Positions 63,904 to 64,000 of a stretch of DNA of 64,000 nucleotides are shown one piece after another. The notes under the pieces were generated by a model. That model was not told where the DNA came from, did not search any database, and was given only the letters and a program-made list of their open reading frames with translations. Position numbers and translations under genes: made by a program. Position 1 is the stretch's first letter, and every line of letters starts with the position of its first letter. Source of the stretch: Dendrobates tinctorius (lineage: Eukaryota); the NCBI RefSeq assembly GCF_039654945.1, contig NW_027361766.1, forward strand, positions 28,582,001 to 28,646,000, given 5' to 3'.

Positions 63904-64000
63904 ATGGCTGAAGTATTAACACGGTTAGACGGTAACGGGATGGTTCACTCAGCTGACGGGGCTGACCCAATGGTACCCTTTGGAGTCCCAGAGGGGAGCG

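Overview
Eukaryotic, vertebrate-type DNA; the TE repertoire suggests an anuran amphibian (inference). I found no host protein-coding exon: nearly all 64 kb is nested transposable elements. These include two chromodomain Ty3/Gypsy (Tf1/sushi-type) LTR retrotransposons and a third inverted LTR fragment, a DIRS1-type retrotransposon stretched to 17 kb by insertions, and at least four Penelope-like element (PLE) insertions carrying minimal hammerhead ribozyme motifs. Also present are L2, CR1, a V-SINE, an ORF1-only L1-derived insertion, three Tc1/mariner elements (intact DD36E, decayed DD38E, a long-TIR relic), non-autonomous hAT/Kolobok/Harbinger/piggyBac-like elements full of palindromes and minisatellites, and a solo LTR. 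Most notable observations: (1) a 282-bp non-coding, hammerhead-carrying insertion with a 14-bp TSD inside a Gypsy protease; (2) an ORF1-only 'half-L1' with a 17-bp TSD; (3) an in-phase spliceosomal intron in DIRS ORF1; (4) Gypsy LTRs whose U3 encodes a conserved integrase tail ending on the TATA box, paired with a self-priming PBS; (5) two micro-inversions in one LTR; (6) an intact DD36E transposase. All coordinates were read by eye and no searches were run.
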